DNA of 64,000 nt, from NCBI GenBank assembly GCA_043228905.1, contig JBHGNT010000013.1, positions 10,850,001 through 10,914,000 on the forward strand, given 5' to 3'. Position 1 is the first letter of the stretch; every line of letters starts with the position of its first letter. Source of the DNA: Azolla caroliniana (lineage: Eukaryota; Plantae; Polypodiophyta). The position numbers and the translations under genes are program-made. Under the pieces are notes generated by a model. The model worked only from the letters and a program-made list of their open reading frames with translations, was not told the DNA's origin and made no database searches. Below are positions 61,614-64,000 of this stretch, piece after piece.

Positions 61614-64000
61614 ACGTATTGCTGACAATGTCAACTAGGTGCAAGTTGTTGCTGAAAGATGTCTGACACGTTTCGGAGGTTTGGTTGAACCTGATAACAA
61701 CTGGTCGGCTGGATGAGGAAGGCTACATGGGTAGCATCCGGAACGGAGTTATGAAATACATCTTGTCAGCGACGAAACGACATGGGTGGTCGACTCCAGA
61801 GCGTCGTTCCATCTGACCCCCGATTGGAAGTGCTTCACATCCTACAGAGCTGGAGATCACGGTTGTGTCCGGATGGGGAATGAAGGTGCGTGCCGAATTG
61901 TCGGTATAGGAGATGTATTGTTGGCAACATCAACCGGGTGCAAGTTGCTGTTGAAAGACGTCTGACACGTTTCGGAGGTTCGGTTGAACATGATATCAGT
62001 CGGTCGGTTCGATGCTGAAGCTACTACATGGGTAACATCCGAAACAGAGTTATGAAATTCAGCAAAGGAAGCTTGATCGTGGCTCAAGCTCTAAAGATCA
62101 ATACGATGTATTTGATTCATGCCCGGATATGCCAGGAAGAAGTGAATGTGGTATCCAACACTGCCAGTGAGCTGTGGCACAAGAGGTTGTGCCACATGAG
62201 CCAGAAGGGAATGCGGAAACTTGCTGAAGATAACCTCATTCCGGAGGTGAAAGACGTGCAACTTGAGAAGCGCACCGATTGTTTGGGTGGCAAGCAGAAC
62301 CAAACCTCTTTCCGGTCGAGACCACCGTCAAGACAAGAAGAACCACTAGAGCTTGTGCATACCGATGTATGCTAGATGTACACGAAGTCACATGTTGGGT
62401 CACAATACTTTGTAACATTTATTGATGACCATAGTCGGAAGCTGAGGGTCTCACAATTGAAGACGAAGGATCAGGTACTGATCGTCTTCAAGGAGCTCCA
62501 TGCAAGAGTGGAAAGAGAAACCAGCTTGAAGCTAAAGGCGGTTTGAGCCGGCAACGGTGGAGAGTACCGGAGGCAGTTCGAGGAGTACTGCCAGTCAAAA
62601 GGAATTTGGCTCAAATTTACCATGTTGAAGACACTGGAGTTGAACAGATTGGCCGAAAGGATGAACTAGACTGTGATGGAGAGAGTCTGGAGTATGCTGG
62701 CACATGCTAAGTTGTCGAAGACATTTTGGGGTGAGGCGTTGATGATGACAATCTACGTAATAAATCGATCACCCTCAGCACCCTTGGACGGAGACACACC
62801 ACAGAGAGTATGGATTGTTAAAGACGTTTCTTATCTGCATCTAAAGGTATTTGGTTGTCTCGCCTACGTGTAGGTAGCGAAGGACAAGAGAGAAACATTG
62901 GACTTGAAATCCCGACCGTGCATATTCCTTGGATACGACGATGATGAGGTCCGCTATGAGTGTAGGACTTGGTTGACAAGAAGGTTTCCCGGAGTCGAGA
63001 CATAGTCTTCATGGAAGGCAAGACCGTTGCCGACAGGGAGTCGGAGAAGAAGATAGTGGACTTCGGGTCAACCAACAGAGATTAGTTGGAAGATACTAGG
63101 CTACATTCAGTTGGAAGCCAGATGATGAACCAGCCAGATTCTCACAAAGAACTGAATCGACCGAATAAGAAGAATCAGACACCGAAACTGGACAAGACCC
63201 TGAATAAGATTCGGATGAAGAACAGATGGAGGAACCGGTCGTCGAAAACCAAGGACGGAGATAGCCTAAAAGAGAGAGAGCCCCCCACTACCCCCTCCCC
63301 CTGGAGATTTCCAGAAGAAGAGCGAATACTGGTGACTGAAGAGGGGGAGCCGGAAAGCTTTGAAGAAGCAATGAGGGACGCCCACAGTCGAAAGTGGTTA
63401 AGTGCCATTCATGATGAGATGGATTCCCTGCATGAGAACCACACATATGAATTGATGGAGCTACCGAAAGGAAAGAGAGCACTTTGGAACAAGTGGGTGT
63501 ACAAGCTGAAACCAGGAGACGCCAGAAATCCACTAAGATGCAAAGCCCGCATTGTGGTGAAGGGCTTCCAATAGAAGGGGTGGACTTCGACGAGATCTTT
63601 GCTCTGGTAGTCAAGATGACGTCCATCCGGACTGTGCTGAGCATAGCGGTGAGCATGGACATCGAGGTCGAACAACTCAATGTTATGATGACGTTCCTTC
63701 ACAAGGACCTCGAGGAGGAGATCTACATGCAACAACTGGAGGGATTTGTCAAGAAAGGGAAGGAGAACCTGGTGTACCGGTTGATGAAGAGCTTATACGG
63801 ATTGAATCAAGCTCCCTCACAATGGTACCGGAAGTTCAACTCCTTCATGACCGACCAAGGCTACCACAAGACGCAGGCGACCACTACGTGTTCGTGAAGA
63901 ATTTCGACAGAGGCAATTCCTGATACTTCTGCTATATGTGGATGACATGCTAATCGTTAGACTAGACCGAATCAAAATTGGGAATCTGAAGAAGGCCTTG

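Larger units (their letters stand above)
58838..64000 (+). mobile_element. degenerate copia, same family as 1-4137, running off the window
   Basis: 5' LTR TGTTAGG (58838) to TCCTATCA (59828), tRNA-iMet-type PBS TGGTATTAGAG at 59832, gag ATG at 59844. PR, INT and RT are collinear with 270-2550 but carry many stops. Confidence 0.93.

Noticed and set aside
1-64000. Hammerhead ribozyme or retrozyme motifs in the LTRs and repeats
   Set aside because: The few CTGANGA matches I noticed lack a properly placed GAAA and flanking stems. This was not an exhaustive scan.

Overview
Transposon-dense plant nuclear DNA, most likely a fern or other non-seed plant. This is inferred from the Tcn1-type chromoviruses, the RTE/RTEX LINEs and a 5S-bearing repeat. 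The only intact host gene is a 7-exon, 387-aa 2-oxoglutarate/Fe(II) dioxygenase-like gene (38338-42133, +). The rest is nested mobile DNA: Tnt1/Tork-like copia elements and solo LTRs; a young, nearly intact chromodomain gypsy element (26032-32466, -, TSD GTGAT) inside the ULP1-protease gene of a 16-kb Mutator element; three hAT MITEs with 8-bp TSDs; and L1 and RTE/RTEX LINE fragments. The most notable signal is a tRNA-type Pol III A-box/B-box cassette. It occurs in five LTR copies from at least three diverged gypsy-type families, always at canonical spacing, near the U3 start and antisense to the element. The young element also shows a self-priming PBS and a -1 frameshift signal. All calls were made by eye, with no database searches.
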